The translations under genes were made by a program, and so were the position numbers. The notes beneath the pieces were generated by a model. It was not told the DNA's origin. It saw only the letters and a program-made list of their open reading frames with translations, and did no database searches. Of a stretch of 64,000 nt of DNA, positions 1 to 10,900 are shown piece after piece (the first letter of the stretch is position 1; every line of letters starts with the position of its first letter). The stretch is from sequence record CP080654.1; one strand, given 5' to 3'. The stretch is from a plasmid.

Positions 1-897
1 ATGTATAAGAAAAGTGTAGATCTATCACTTGAATCGGTTCTCGTAGAAATCGATGAAAATAAGAAGCTCATGCCTTCCAGAAACGCTACTGTCCAGCCTG
101 TAGCTTTGATGCGCTTAGGTCTGTTTCTACCTTCCTTAAAACGAAAAGGAAAGGACACAGAAAATATCAGTATTGATGCGAGTAGCGAACTTCAAAGCTT
201 AGAGTTGGCAAGAGCCGAAGGTTATACAGACATCCGTATTACCGGCCCACGACTTTCGATGGAGACTGACTTCAAGGTGTGGGTTGGCATCATTCTCGCG
301 TTTTCGAAATATGGCTTAAACAGCAGCACCATTGAACTTCCATTCAGCGAGTTTGCTACATTCTGCGGGTTTAGCTCAAAGGACAAAGATAAAGGACTCA
401 GAACGCGCTTGGCCGACTCTCTTATTCGTCTTCGCAGCACAACTATCAAGCTTGCCTCAGAAAAGGATCGGAATGGTGTTGTATCTGGTCTGTTAAGTCG
501 TGGTAAGTGGGACGAAAAAGACGACATCATGGAACTTACCGCCGATGAGTCTCTTTGGGAGCTTTATCAATTCGACCGTCAGGTGCTTCTGCAGATGTTT
601 ATAATCCGGCAACTTGCGAACAAAGGGACAGCACAGGCCCTATACACTTTCATTGAGAGCCTTCCTGAGCGACCAATACCACTATCGTTCGCGCGTATTA
701 AACGTCGCCTAATGCTTACCTCACCCAATAACCAGCAGAATCGAGTGATTAACAAGGCTATAGACGAGCTTAAAGCGGTCGGTTATTTAGATGGCGATGT
801 CGTTAAAAAGGATGGTGAATGGCACTTAATCATAACCCGTCGCACGCCTAGGCCAGACATTAAGGCTATGTCTGAAGCCTTAAAAGATGGAGAGTAA
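1..897 (+). CDS. repA: RepFIB-type replication initiator RepA; the ATG at position 1 may be the true start or the window edge
   Basis: 298-aa ORF with RepFIB RepA hallmark blocks (TVQPVALMRLG, ITGPRL, FKVWVGII, LYQFDRQVLLQ, AQALYTFIESLP) recalled from F-plasmid RepFIB; iterons follow immediately. Confidence 0.8.
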   Translation: MYKKSVDLSLESVLVEIDENKKLMPSRNATVQPVALMRLGLFLPSLKRKGKDTENISIDASSELQSLELARAEGYTDIRITGPRLSMETDFKVWVGIILAFSKYGLNSSTIELPFSEFATFCGFSSKDKDKGLRTRLADSLIRLRSTTIKLASEKDRNGVVSGLLSRGKWDEKDDIMELTADESLWELYQFDRQVLLQMFIIRQLANKGTAQALYTFIESLPERPIPLSFARIKRRLMLTSPNNQQNRVINKAIDELKAVGYLDGDVVKKDGEWHLIITRRTPRPDIKAMSEALKDGE

Positions 898-983
898 AAG
901 CGCCTGACTGTGTTTGTAAAGCGGATATGTGCCGCAGTGACTGCGAGTGTTTGCTGTTTTCCCGGTAACACAGCATCAGCATC

Positions 984-1074
984 CGTTTTATAAACACATC
1001 TATTCCCTCTCATATTGTTTCCGCTTTGTAAACACACCTGTTTGCTCACTTCCGAGCCGATTTATAAACACATG
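984..1074. repeat. Three iteron-like direct repeats TTT(A/G)TAAACACA downstream of repA
   Basis: cgttttataaacacatc (984), gctttgtaaacacacc (1023), gatttataaacacatg (1059), spaced 36-39 bp. Confidence 0.5.
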
Positions 1075-1206
1075 TATCAGCGTTCAGCCTTTGAGTCACT
1101 CGCTGAACGTGCAACAAAAACACCAATATCAATAATTTCTTGCACGTCACGGTATTTGTTGTACACTCCGAGCTGTACAATCAATGTCCTCTACATTGAA
1201 AACATC

Positions 1207-2424
1207 ATGGAGAACAGAATGAAACGAGATTACGGTGGAGTAGGCTCGATAGCGCGACGAGCTGGCATATTGCTTGAGTCAATGAGCCGGGACATTGAAG
1301 ATCAACGCAAAGAGTTTAACCTTACAGAATACTTCCAGACATTTACCCGGAACGCAGTAGCCAAATTACCCAAGCTAAGCCGTCGCATCGTGGAGCAGGC
1401 CATTAAAGAAATGGAAGATGCAGGCTACGATTTCAACAAGAAACGCGTCGGAAATGTTGAGCAATATGCTCTTACAGTACAGAATGTTATTGATATTTAC
1501 GCCCACCGCAAGATCCCGAAGTATCGTGAAATCCATCAATCGCCTTACGTTATTTTCGTCGTTAACTTGAAAGGTGGCGTATCCAAAACCGTATCAACTG
1601 TAACGCTGGCGCACGCGTTGCGAGTGCATCAGGATTTATTGCGTCACGATCTGCGTATTCTGGTTATTGACCTTGATCCGCAGGCATCCAGCACCATGTT
1701 CCTCGATCACACGCACAGTATTGGTTCCATTCTTGAAACCGCCGCGCAAGCGATGCTAAACGATGTCGATGCTGAAACCCTGCGTAACGAAGTGATACGG
1801 CCAACCATCATTCCAGGTGTAGATGTTATTCCTGCTTCTATTGATGATGGTTTTGTAGCCAGCGCATGGAAGGAGCTGGTTAGCGAGCACCTGCCGGGCG
1901 TAAACCAGTACGAAGTGCTTCGCAAAATAATTATCGATCGTGTGGCTGATGACTACGATTTCATCCTGATTGATACAGGTCCGCACCTCGATCCATTTTT
2001 ACTAAACGGTTTGGCGGCAAGTGACCTTATTCTCACCCCTACTCCGCCGGCGCAAGTCGATTTCCATTCCACGTTGAAATACCTTACCCGCTTGCCTGAA
2101 ATGCTGGAAACGCTGGAAGAAGAAGGCATTGAACCGCGTCTGGCTGCCAGTATTGGTTTTATGTCGAAAATGACTGGCAAGCCCGATCATCTGGTTTCAC
2201 ATAGCCTTGCTCGTGAAGTCTACACAAGCAGCATACTGGACTCTTCCCTGCCCCGCCTGGATGGCTTTGAACGTTGCGGAGAAACGTTTGATACGATTAT
2301 TAGTGCCAACCCAGCATCTTATCCCGGTAGCAACGACGCGTTAAAAAAAGCGCGTACAGAAGCAGAGCATTTTACGAAGGCTGTGTTTGACCGTATTGAA
2401 TTCCTGAGGAGCCAATCAGCGTGA
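1207..2424 (+). CDS. parA: Partition ATPase ParA (SopA-like, Walker-type with N-terminal extension)
   Basis: 406 aa; deviant Walker A VVNLKGGVSKTVSTVTLAHAL; overlaps parB by 4 nt (ATGA). Confidence 0.85.
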   Translation: MENRMKRDYGGVGSIARRAGILLESMSRDIEDQRKEFNLTEYFQTFTRNAVAKLPKLSRRIVEQAIKEMEDAGYDFNKKRVGNVEQYALTVQNVIDIYAHRKIPKYREIHQSPYVIFVVNLKGGVSKTVSTVTLAHALRVHQDLLRHDLRILVIDLDPQASSTMFLDHTHSIGSILETAAQAMLNDVDAETLRNEVIRPTIIPGVDVIPASIDDGFVASAWKELVSEHLPGVNQYEVLRKIIIDRVADDYDFILIDTGPHLDPFLLNGLAASDLILTPTPPAQVDFHSTLKYLTRLPEMLETLEEEGIEPRLAASIGFMSKMTGKPDHLVSHSLAREVYTSSILDSSLPRLDGFERCGETFDTIISANPASYPGSNDALKKARTEAEHFTKAVFDRIEFLRSQSA

Positions 2425-3395
2425 AGAAAAAAATAGTAGCTCGCGGGCGAAACATTTTAGGTAGTGATAGCTCAGATTTTATCCGTAGCCTCGAAACCAA
2501 AGAAGCAGAGAAGGTATTCACCCTTAAGTCCGGTAATCAGGCCAAGTTCACCCTCTCAACCATTTTGAATGGTGATATTGAAGAGAAGACATTTGTGGAT
2601 CCAGCTGTTAACGGTCGCGACCAAAGGTATGTAACCCCTGAGTCAGTGAGCGACATAACGCGAACTATCAACCTGCAGCAATTTTTCCCAGCAATCGGCC
2701 GAGTTATTAACGGTTGTATTGAAGTGTTAGATGGTTCCCGGCGCCGGGCGGCATGTATCTTCAGTGGCGCGAAATTCGAAATTCTGGTTACAGAAGATGA
2801 GATAAGTCTTGAAGATGCTCGTCAGCTTGCCAAAGACATTCAGACCGCGCGTGAGCATACGCTTCGTGAGATAGGTCAAAGATATCAATTTATGTACGCA
2901 AATGGCATGTCTAAGGATGAAATTGCGCGCGTAGAGGACGTCTCACCGGCAAGCGTTTCCCGAGCGTTTCAAGCTGCTTCTGTGCCAGCTGAAATGGTCG
3001 AGTTATTCCCGGTTATCAATGAACTCTCCCTTGCTGATTACCAGCTGCTGTTAAAAATTTCAGAGGACTTAGATAGCAAAGGTGTGCCTCTGTCTGATTT
3101 GCTCGGAAAAGTGCAGGCAGACATCAGTGCAGCAAAAGTTGAAAGCGTAAGTAAGTCGCTAATTATGGACTCTTTTAAACGCCATTCGAAGCAGCTGAAG
3201 CCAGCGCCAGTGAAAACTGTACAAACTGAAAAGCTACGTGAGTTTGAAGACAAAAAGCAGTTTGCCCGGAAGAAAACCGATCCGTCTAAACGCTTAGTGA
3301 CCTATGAATTTGCCCGTCTTCCTGCTTCAGTTCAGGCTGAGTTAGATAAGGCCATCAGGCTGGTTATGGGCAACATGCAGTCCTTCGAAAAATAA
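2421..3395 (+). CDS. parB: Partition protein ParB (SopB-like centromere-binding)
   Basis: 324 aa, ParB-like N-terminal region, translationally coupled to parA. Confidence 0.8.
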   Translation: MKKKIVARGRNILGSDSSDFIRSLETKEAEKVFTLKSGNQAKFTLSTILNGDIEEKTFVDPAVNGRDQRYVTPESVSDITRTINLQQFFPAIGRVINGCIEVLDGSRRRAACIFSGAKFEILVTEDEISLEDARQLAKDIQTAREHTLREIGQRYQFMYANGMSKDEIARVEDVSPASVSRAFQAASVPAEMVELFPVINELSLADYQLLLKISEDLDSKGVPLSDLLGKVQADISAAKVESVSKSLIMDSFKRHSKQLKPAPVKTVQTEKLREFEDKKQFARKKTDPSKRLVTYEFARLPASVQAELDKAIRLVMGNMQSFEK

Positions 3396-3566
3396 AAAAA
3401 TGTGGGAATTTAATGTGTGACTCCACTAAAAAGTTCCCACTACATTTTCAGCCCTAACTATCTAAAAAACTAGGTTTTTTGTGATTTCTTTCAGTATGAA
3501 ATTCCCTGTCGCATCGCTTGTAGTTTTATAAAGCACAATGGCGTAATTTTTGGAGAAACAAAATCA

Positions 3567-3752
3567 ATGGAACACTCGACAATTTCTGAAGCTCTAATTG
3601 GTGGTGTTGTTTGCGGCACTATCGCGGCCGGATTTATCTGGCAATTATTCAGACCTTGGAAACTTGAATGGCTCTGGTTAACCTGTTTTATCCTTACCTC
3701 AATCATTGTATTTTTCTTTGGTCCCTCTATGCCAAACCCATTCATGATGTAG
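3567..3752 (+). CDS. Small hydrophobic protein (61 aa), hypothetical
   Basis: GGAGA 8 nt upstream; two predicted TM helices; weak support only. Confidence 0.3.
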   Translation: MEHSTISEALIGGVVCGTIAAGFIWQLFRPWKLEWLWLTCFILTSIIVFFFGPSMPNPFMM

Positions 3753-3771
3753 AAGTACAAGGAGATGTGCC

Positions 3772-4104
3772 ATGACCGTGAGGCTTTATTACAATGCAGT
3801 AGATAGACGAGCCCAAGCGAGCAATGAATGGCATGCTGAGTGGATAAGTAAACGTGGCTTGAAAGCTCGTCTTTGGACTGACAAGGCGATCAGTGAATTT
3901 CTCGGTGCGCCGCTCAGTGCAGGCCCGGTAAAAGCCTGGAAACAGAAGGAAGTGAAAAAAGTCGAAGCGACACCCGCTTTCAAAACATGGCTGGAACAAC
4001 GTCGCGCATGGCTGGTTGCGCGGGGTAAAATATCCTCTGATACAGAGTTGCCTTGCCACCTGGATGCTCCGATAATTCCAGGTAAACAACATAAGGAATC
4101 ATAA
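3772..4104 (+). CDS. Hypothetical protein (110 aa)
   Basis: GGAGA SD before ATG; basic protein; function not recognised. Confidence 0.4.
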   Translation: MTVRLYYNAVDRRAQASNEWHAEWISKRGLKARLWTDKAISEFLGAPLSAGPVKAWKQKEVKKVEATPAFKTWLEQRRAWLVARGKISSDTELPCHLDAPIIPGKQHKES

Positions 4105-4328
4105 TATGGACAAAAAGCCTCGCTATTCTGTCATGCTGGATGGGGATAGAACCGTCTATAGTGGAAATAGTCGGTTTGTCGCCTGGACGTTCTGGCTGAT
4201 GAACCGCCATCGTAGGGCTATCGCATATGATTGCGGAGTTTGGGTTGTTGAACCAGCCTACTGGATCCGTGTCGTTTAATCTGCTTTTGCAATGTGCAGC
4301 TGCTTCATGTCATGCCTAAGGAGTTATT

Positions 4329-4544
4329 TTGAAATGGATTAATTTTTTACAACGTCTTTTACAACGTTTTTTCCCAAAAAAAAATGAAATAATTGAAGTG
4401 AAATACATTGAAAGGGATGAAACAAGAGTATTACCAGACATCCCTGAAAACGTCATAGCTGCCTGTCAGACTCTTCAGGTGAAGCTGGATTCTGTTAAGA
4501 ATAATCCATTTTTGGAAATTAGGGCTATTTGCATTCTGAGGTAG
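4329..4544 (+). CDS. Hypothetical protein (71 aa)
   Basis: AAGGAG SD 8 nt upstream. Confidence 0.35.
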   Translation: MKWINFLQRLLQRFFPKKNEIIEVKYIERDETRVLPDIPENVIAACQTLQVKLDSVKNNPFLEIRAICILR

Positions 4545-4655
4545 GATCGCAAATTTAGCCAAGAATTGAAATCCATCCCCTTTTGTGCAAAATCTGGTTG
4601 ACATTCGCAGATTGACTACAGTACCATTCTGTGCAAAAGGTGGTTGGAGGCCAGA

Positions 4656-6683
4656 ATGAACGAATTTACGGGATCGGCAGCTTCACAGGCTGACTTTATT
4701 TGGAAGAATGCGGAAGACCTGTGGGGTGACTTCAAGCATACGGACTTTGGCAAGATCATCTTGCCGTTTACCCTGCTACGCCGTCTGGAGTGTGCGCTGG
4801 AGCCGACCCGCGAGGCGGTGAGAGAAGCGCATGACGCTTTCAAGGATGCCGATGTTGAGCTGGATACCATTCTGCGCTCAACCGCTGAATACCCCTTCTA
4901 CAACACCTCTGAATACTCCCTCGGCACCCTGGGTAGCACCAAGACGCGCCGCAATCTGGAAGACTACATCGCCCTGTTTTCGGATAACGCCCGCGCTATC
5001 TTCGAGGAGTTTGAGTTTGGCAATACGGTGATCCGGCTGGAGAAAGCGGGCTTGCTGTATAAGATTTGCCAGAACTTCGCCAAGATCGACCTGCACCCGG
5101 ACGTGGTGCCGGATCGGGTGATGAGTAACATCTACGAACACCTGATCCGCCGCTTTGGTGCTGAGGTCAATGAAGGAGCCGAGGACTTCATGACGCCGCG
5201 TGACATCGTTCACCTGGCGACCGCATTGCTGCTTGACCCGGATGATGCCCTGTTTGAGGCCAGCCCAGGTTTGATTCGTACCCTGTATGACCCGACCTGT
5301 GGCACGGGTGGCTTCCTCACCGATGCTATGAACCATGTGGGGGACTACGGTAACCGCGACAAGATCCCGCCAGTGCTGGTGCCGCACGGGCAGGAGTTGG
5401 AGCCGGAAACCCATGCGGTTTGTGTGGCCGGTATGCTGATCCGCCGTTTGGAGTCGGACCCTGGCCGAGATCTGTCGAAGAACATTCGTCAGGGCAGCAC
5501 GCTGTCCAACGACCAGTTTGCCGGTGAGCGTTTCCACTACTGCCTGTCCAATCCGCCTTTCGGCAAGAAATGGGAGAAGGACAAAACCGCTGTCGAAGCG
5601 GAACACAAAAAAGGCGAGCTGGGCCGGTTTGGTCCGGGCCTGCCGAAAATTAGCGATGGCTCCATGCTGTTTTTGATGCACCTGGCGAGCAAGCTAGAAC
5701 TGCCGATCAACGGCGGTGGCCGCGCCGCTATTGTGCTGTCCGGTTCGCCACTGTTTAACGGCGGTGCCGCGTCTGGCGAATCGGAAATCCGCCGTTGGTT
5801 GCTGGAAGACGACCTGATTGAAGCCATTGTAGCTCTGCCAACGGATCTGTTCTTCCGCACCAATATCGCCACCTACCTGTGGATTCTGTCCAACAAGAAG
5901 CCTCAGGAGCGCAAAGGCAAGGTGCAGTTGATCAACGCCACCGACCTGTGGACTTCAATCCGCAACGAGGGCAACAAGCGCCGTATTGTCAGCGATGAGC
6001 AGCGCCGCCAGATTCTGGACATCTACGCAGCAGGCGAAACCGGTGCGCTTTCCCGGATGCTGGACTACCGTACCTTTGGCTACCGCCGTATCAGGGTCCT
6101 GCGCCCGCTGCGCATGACCCTAGAGCTGGATAAGGTGGGTATGGAGCGGTTGGAAGCCGAAGCTGCCTGGGAAAAGCTCTCTGACGCGCATCAGACATTC
6201 TGGCGCGAAGCCCTCAAGCCGCTGATCGGGCAAACGCAGCCCTATAGCTGGGCAGAAACCTTTGTTAGCAACTCGATCAAGTCCGATGAAGCCAAGCAGC
6301 TCAAGGTCAAATCCAACAAGACATTGATCACCGCGCTAATCAACGCCTTTGGTCACAAAGACCCGAAAGCCGAGCCAGTCACGGATTCAAACGGCGAGCT
6401 GGTGCCAGACACAGATTTAACTGATTACGAGAACGTCCCCTATCTGGAGGACATCGACGACTACTTTGCCCGCGAAGTGCTTCCTCATGTGCCGGATGCC
6501 TGGCTGGATGAGAGCTTTACCGATGCCAGGGATGGTCAATTGGGCCGCGTTGGCTACGAGATCAACTTCAACCGCTTCTTCTACCAGTACCAGCCGCCGC
6601 GCAAGCTGCATGATATTGATGAAGACCTGAAGCAGGTAGAAGCCGAGATTGCCGCGCTACTGGCGGAGGTGGCCAGCGAATGA
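4656..6683 (+). CDS. hsdM: Type I restriction-modification methyltransferase subunit HsdM
   Basis: N6-adenine MTase motif IV NPPFGKKW and AdoMet motif DPTCGTGGF; operon with hsdS/hsdR with overlapping stop/starts. Confidence 0.9.
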   Translation: MNEFTGSAASQADFIWKNAEDLWGDFKHTDFGKIILPFTLLRRLECALEPTREAVREAHDAFKDADVELDTILRSTAEYPFYNTSEYSLGTLGSTKTRRNLEDYIALFSDNARAIFEEFEFGNTVIRLEKAGLLYKICQNFAKIDLHPDVVPDRVMSNIYEHLIRRFGAEVNEGAEDFMTPRDIVHLATALLLDPDDALFEASPGLIRTLYDPTCGTGGFLTDAMNHVGDYGNRDKIPPVLVPHGQELEPETHAVCVAGMLIRRLESDPGRDLSKNIRQGSTLSNDQFAGERFHYCLSNPPFGKKWEKDKTAVEAEHKKGELGRFGPGLPKISDGSMLFLMHLASKLELPINGGGRAAIVLSGSPLFNGGAASGESEIRRWLLEDDLIEAIVALPTDLFFRTNIATYLWILSNKKPQERKGKVQLINATDLWTSIRNEGNKRRIVSDEQRRQILDIYAAGETGALSRMLDYRTFGYRRIRVLRPLRMTLELDKVGMERLEAEAAWEKLSDAHQTFWREALKPLIGQTQPYSWAETFVSNSIKSDEAKQLKVKSNKTLITALINAFGHKDPKAEPVTDSNGELVPDTDLTDYENVPYLEDIDDYFAREVLPHVPDAWLDESFTDARDGQLGRVGYEINFNRFFYQYQPPRKLHDIDEDLKQVEAEIAALLAEVASE

Positions 6684-7996
6684 GTCAGTACAAAGCGTAT
6701 ACCTCATACAAAGATTCAGGCGTTGAGTGGATTGGGCAGGTGCCGGAGCATTGGGAGGTGAAAAGGTTACGTCATGTCGGGCGTTACTCTAATAGTGGCG
6801 TTGACAAGAAGAGCTACGAAGACCAGCAGACGGTTGAGCTTTGTAACTACACGGATGTCTATTACAACGAGTTCATCAGTGATGATATGCCTTTCATGCA
6901 GGCTACTGCCAGCGCCCACGAGATTGAGCAGTTCACTCTGAAAAAAGGCGATGTCATTATCACGAAGGATTCAGAAGACCCATCCGACATAGGGATTCCT
7001 GCCTTTGTTCCACATGATATGCCCGGAGTGGTTTGTGGCTATCATCTCACTATGATTCGTGCCTTAAATGATAACTATGGAAGCTATATCCATCGCTCGA
7101 TCCAGTCGGATCATACAAGAGCTCACTTCTTTGTTGAGTCGCCAGGAATAACCCGATATGGCCTGAATCAAAATACTATTGGTAATGCCCCAGTAGCGCT
7201 CCCTCCACCAGAAGAACAAGCCACCATCGCGGCCACCCTCGACCGCGAAACCGCCCGTATTGATGCGCTTGTCGAGAAGAAAATCCGCTTTATCGAGCTA
7301 CTGAAGGAAAAGCGCCAGGCGCTGATTACCCATGCGGTCACCAAGGGCCTAGACCCCAACGTGAAGATGAAGGATTCCGGCGTTGAGTGGATTGGGCAGG
7401 TGCCGGAGCACTGGGAGGTTAAACCCTTCTTCGCGTTGGTGTCAGAACTGAACCGAAAGAATGTGGGCCTAGCTGAAACCAATATACTGTCCCTCAGCTA
7501 CGGAAACATCATCCAGAAGCCTGAAACCAGAAATATGGGATTAACACCAGAGTCTTATGAAACCTATCAAATTGTAGAGTCTGGCGAAGTTGTATTTAGG
7601 TTCACCGATCTGCAAAACGACAAACGTAGCTTGCGTTCAGCCCAGGTTACGCAAAGAGGAATCATTACCTCTGCGTATATGGCCGTGAAACCGCACAGTA
7701 TTGGTTCTACATATTTTGCATGGTTGATGCGTTCATATGACCTTTGTAAAGTCTTTTATGCAATGGGTGGAGGATTGAGGCAGTCATTGAAGTTTGAAGA
7801 CGTCAGAAGGCTTCCTGTACTTATCCCTCCAGTCGGTGAACAGAGTGAAATTACCAATACAATTAATGCAGGAACTGCTCGCATTGATGCTCTAGTCGAG
7901 AAAACAGAACAAAGTATCACCCTGCTCAAAGAACGTCGCGCTGCCTTTATCACCGCCGCTGTCACCGGCCAGATTGATTTGCGAGGAAAACAATAA
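6680..7996 (+). CDS. hsdS: Type I RM specificity subunit HsdS (two target-recognition domains)
   Basis: Duplicated conserved segments (KDSGVEWIGQVPEHWEVK x2; TARIDALVEK x2) flanking two divergent TRDs. Confidence 0.85.
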   Translation: MSQYKAYTSYKDSGVEWIGQVPEHWEVKRLRHVGRYSNSGVDKKSYEDQQTVELCNYTDVYYNEFISDDMPFMQATASAHEIEQFTLKKGDVIITKDSEDPSDIGIPAFVPHDMPGVVCGYHLTMIRALNDNYGSYIHRSIQSDHTRAHFFVESPGITRYGLNQNTIGNAPVALPPPEEQATIAATLDRETARIDALVEKKIRFIELLKEKRQALITHAVTKGLDPNVKMKDSGVEWIGQVPEHWEVKPFFALVSELNRKNVGLAETNILSLSYGNIIQKPETRNMGLTPESYETYQIVESGEVVFRFTDLQNDKRSLRSAQVTQRGIITSAYMAVKPHSIGSTYFAWLMRSYDLCKVFYAMGGGLRQSLKFEDVRRLPVLIPPVGEQSEITNTINAGTARIDALVEKTEQSITLLKERRAAFITAAVTGQIDLRGKQ

Positions 7997-10900
7997 ATGC
8001 AATCAGCAGCACATCAGGAAAAACACTTCCAGCAATACATCATCGACCGGTTGGTAGAGCAGGGCTGGAAGCTGGGTGATTCCAAGTTCTACGACACCGA
8101 GCGGGCGGTGTACCCCGAAGACCTGGAAAGCTGGATCAAAACCAGCGGCCAGCAGGAAAAATGGGACAAGCTGGAACGGCTCAACGGGGCCAAAACCCTT
8201 GAAGTGCTGATGGATCGCTTGGATAAAGCACTGGAGAAACAAGGCACCATGCAGGTGTTGCGCCAGGGTTTTTCCATTGCCGGTTGCGGCCTGATCGAGA
8301 TGACCGAGGCTGCACCGGAAGACAAGCGCAATGCAGCAGTCATTGAGCGCTACCAGGCCAATATCCTGCGCGTGGTGCCGGAGCTGAAGTATCACCCGGC
8401 CCGTGAATTTGCCATTGATCTGGTGCTGTTTATCAACGGTCTGCCGGTGGCAACCGTCGAACTGAAGACCGACTTCACCCAGTCCTGCGAAGCGGCCATG
8501 GATCAGTACCGCAATGATCGCCTGCCGTATGACGCCAAGACCAAACGCCGGGAGCCATTGCTGACCTTCAAGCGTGGGGCGGTGGTGCATTTCGCCATGT
8601 CCGACTCTGAAATCATGATGGCGACCAAGCTGGATGGAGAAAACACCTTTTTCCTGCCGTTCAATAAGGGGCGCAAGGACGAAAGTGGCACGGTACATGC
8701 GGGTAACCCGCCAGGTGAGATTAAGGCCGATGGTACCCAGGAATACCCGGTAGCCTACTTCTGGGAGGCGGTCTGCCAGCCGGATGCCTGGCTGCGGATT
8801 TTCCATAGCTTTGTCTACGTCGAGAAAAAGGACGTTGTGGATATTCAGGGCAACTGGTCGAAGAAAGAAACCCTGATTTTCCCGCGCTTCCACCAATGGA
8901 CGGCAGTGAACCAGATGCTGACCGATGCCCGCGAAAACGGCGCAGGCATGACCTACCTGTGTGACCACAGCGCCGGTTCCGGCAAGACCAGCACCATTTC
9001 CTGGACGGCCCATGACTTGGTGAAACTGCGCGAAGATAACGGCGATTCGGTATTTAACAGCGTGATCATTGTCACCGACCGCAATGTGCTGGACGGCCAG
9101 CTTCAGGACGCGGTGAAGCAGATTGACCATCAGTTTGGGGTGATCGCCGCCATTGACCGGCAGAAGTCATCCAAGTCCAAGAGCAAGCAACTCTCGGAGG
9201 CCTTGTTGTCTGGCACGCCGATTGTGGTGGTCACGATCCAGACCTTCCCCTACGCGATGGAAGCCATCATCACTGACAAGGCCCTGAAAGGGAAAAACTT
9301 TGCTGTGATCATTGATGAGGCGCATAACTCGCAGACAGGCTCTACCGCCGCTAAGCTGCAAGCCGCGCTGGGGATGAGTGGGCAAGGCAAGATGTCCACC
9401 ATGACGGTGGATGAATTGCTGGAACAACTGCAAAAATCTCGGGCTCGCCCGGACAATATCAGCTATTTCGCCTTTACCGGTACGCCGAAGCACTCCACTT
9501 TGATGCTGTTCGGTCGCCCAACAGACCCGAGCCAGCCAGCCTCTAACGATAACCCTCCACAAGCCTTCCACCTGTACACCATGCGCCAGGCCATTGAGGA
9601 GAAATTCATTCTCGATGTGCTGAAAGGCTATGTGCCCTACAAAACGGCCTTCAACCTTTCCAAGCAGCTTGAAGACAGCAAGCGGGTAAGCGGCAAGGCC
9701 GCCAAACGCGCCCTGGCACAGTGGATGTCATTGCATCCCACCAATGTGACCCAGAAGGTACAGTTTATCGTTGAGCACTTCACCAAAAACGTCGCCCACC
9801 GGCTGGATGGCAAGGCCAAGGCGATGGTCGTGACCAGCTCCCGCGCCGCTGCCATTCGCTACAAGAAGGCGTTTGACCGCTATATCGAGCAGCACAGCGA
9901 GTACGGCTTTATTCATTCACTGGTGGCCTTCTCCGGCAAGATGACCGGTAAGCAGGTGATGCACCAGGATGACAGCGAGTTCAAGGATGATGTGTTTATC
10001 GTCGATGAGAACGAAGAGTTCACCGAGCAGAGCATGAACCCGGATGTCCAAGGGCAGGATTTGCGCTTTGCCTTTGACCGACCTGAATACCGGGTGATGT
10101 TGGTGGCTGACAAGTTCCAGACTGGCTTTGATCAACCCAAACTGGTCGCCATGTATGTAGACAAGAAAATCGCTAACCATGTGGAGATTGTGCAGACCTT
10201 CTCCCGTCTCAACCGGACGGCGCCCGGTAAGGATGAGGTCTTTATCATCGACTTTGTGAACGACCCGGAGAACGTGCGTCAGGCCTTTACCACCTATGAC
10301 AAGGGTGCTCACATCGACGAAGTGCAAGACCTCAATGTGGTCTACGAGATCAAGGAGCGCTTGGACGAGCACGGCCTGTACGACGAGAAGGACTTGGCTG
10401 CGTTCAAGGAAGCACGCTTCAAGACCATCCGCGACATCACCCATACCAAATCGCCACAGCACAAGGCGCTGTATGCCGCCACTGCTGGAGCGACGGCCTT
10501 GTATAACGACAAGATGAAGATGCTGCGCGATGGCATGGCGACCTGGGAGGCGGCTTTTGAGAAGGCCCGCGCCAAGGGTGATGAGGCGGGCATGAAGTCT
10601 GCTGACCACCATCAGGATGAGTACGCCGAGCAAATCAAGGCACTGATTGGCTTCAAGTCGGATTTGGGGCGTTTTTGTCGTACCTACTCCTATATCGCCC
10701 AACTGATTGATTTTGGCGACCCGGAGCTGGAGAACTTCGCCGCCTTCGCCAAGCTATTGCAAAAGCGCCTTCAGCACGAAGCACCTGAAACCGTGGACTT
10801 GACCGGCCTGGTGCTCACCGGTTTTGACATCAATGCTCGTTCAGATAACGCGGAGGACGAAGGCGAAACCCCGGTACTGCAACCGGTAGGTGCAGGCGGT

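Noticed and set aside
4878-5681. Long antisense ORFs inside hsdM, hsdR (8003..9130, 9917..10702), merA (20425..21444), traI (56927..58294, 58313..59389) and traD (60143..61270, 61255..62424)
   Set aside because: All lie opposite strongly supported coding genes in >55% GC sequence; no independent support.
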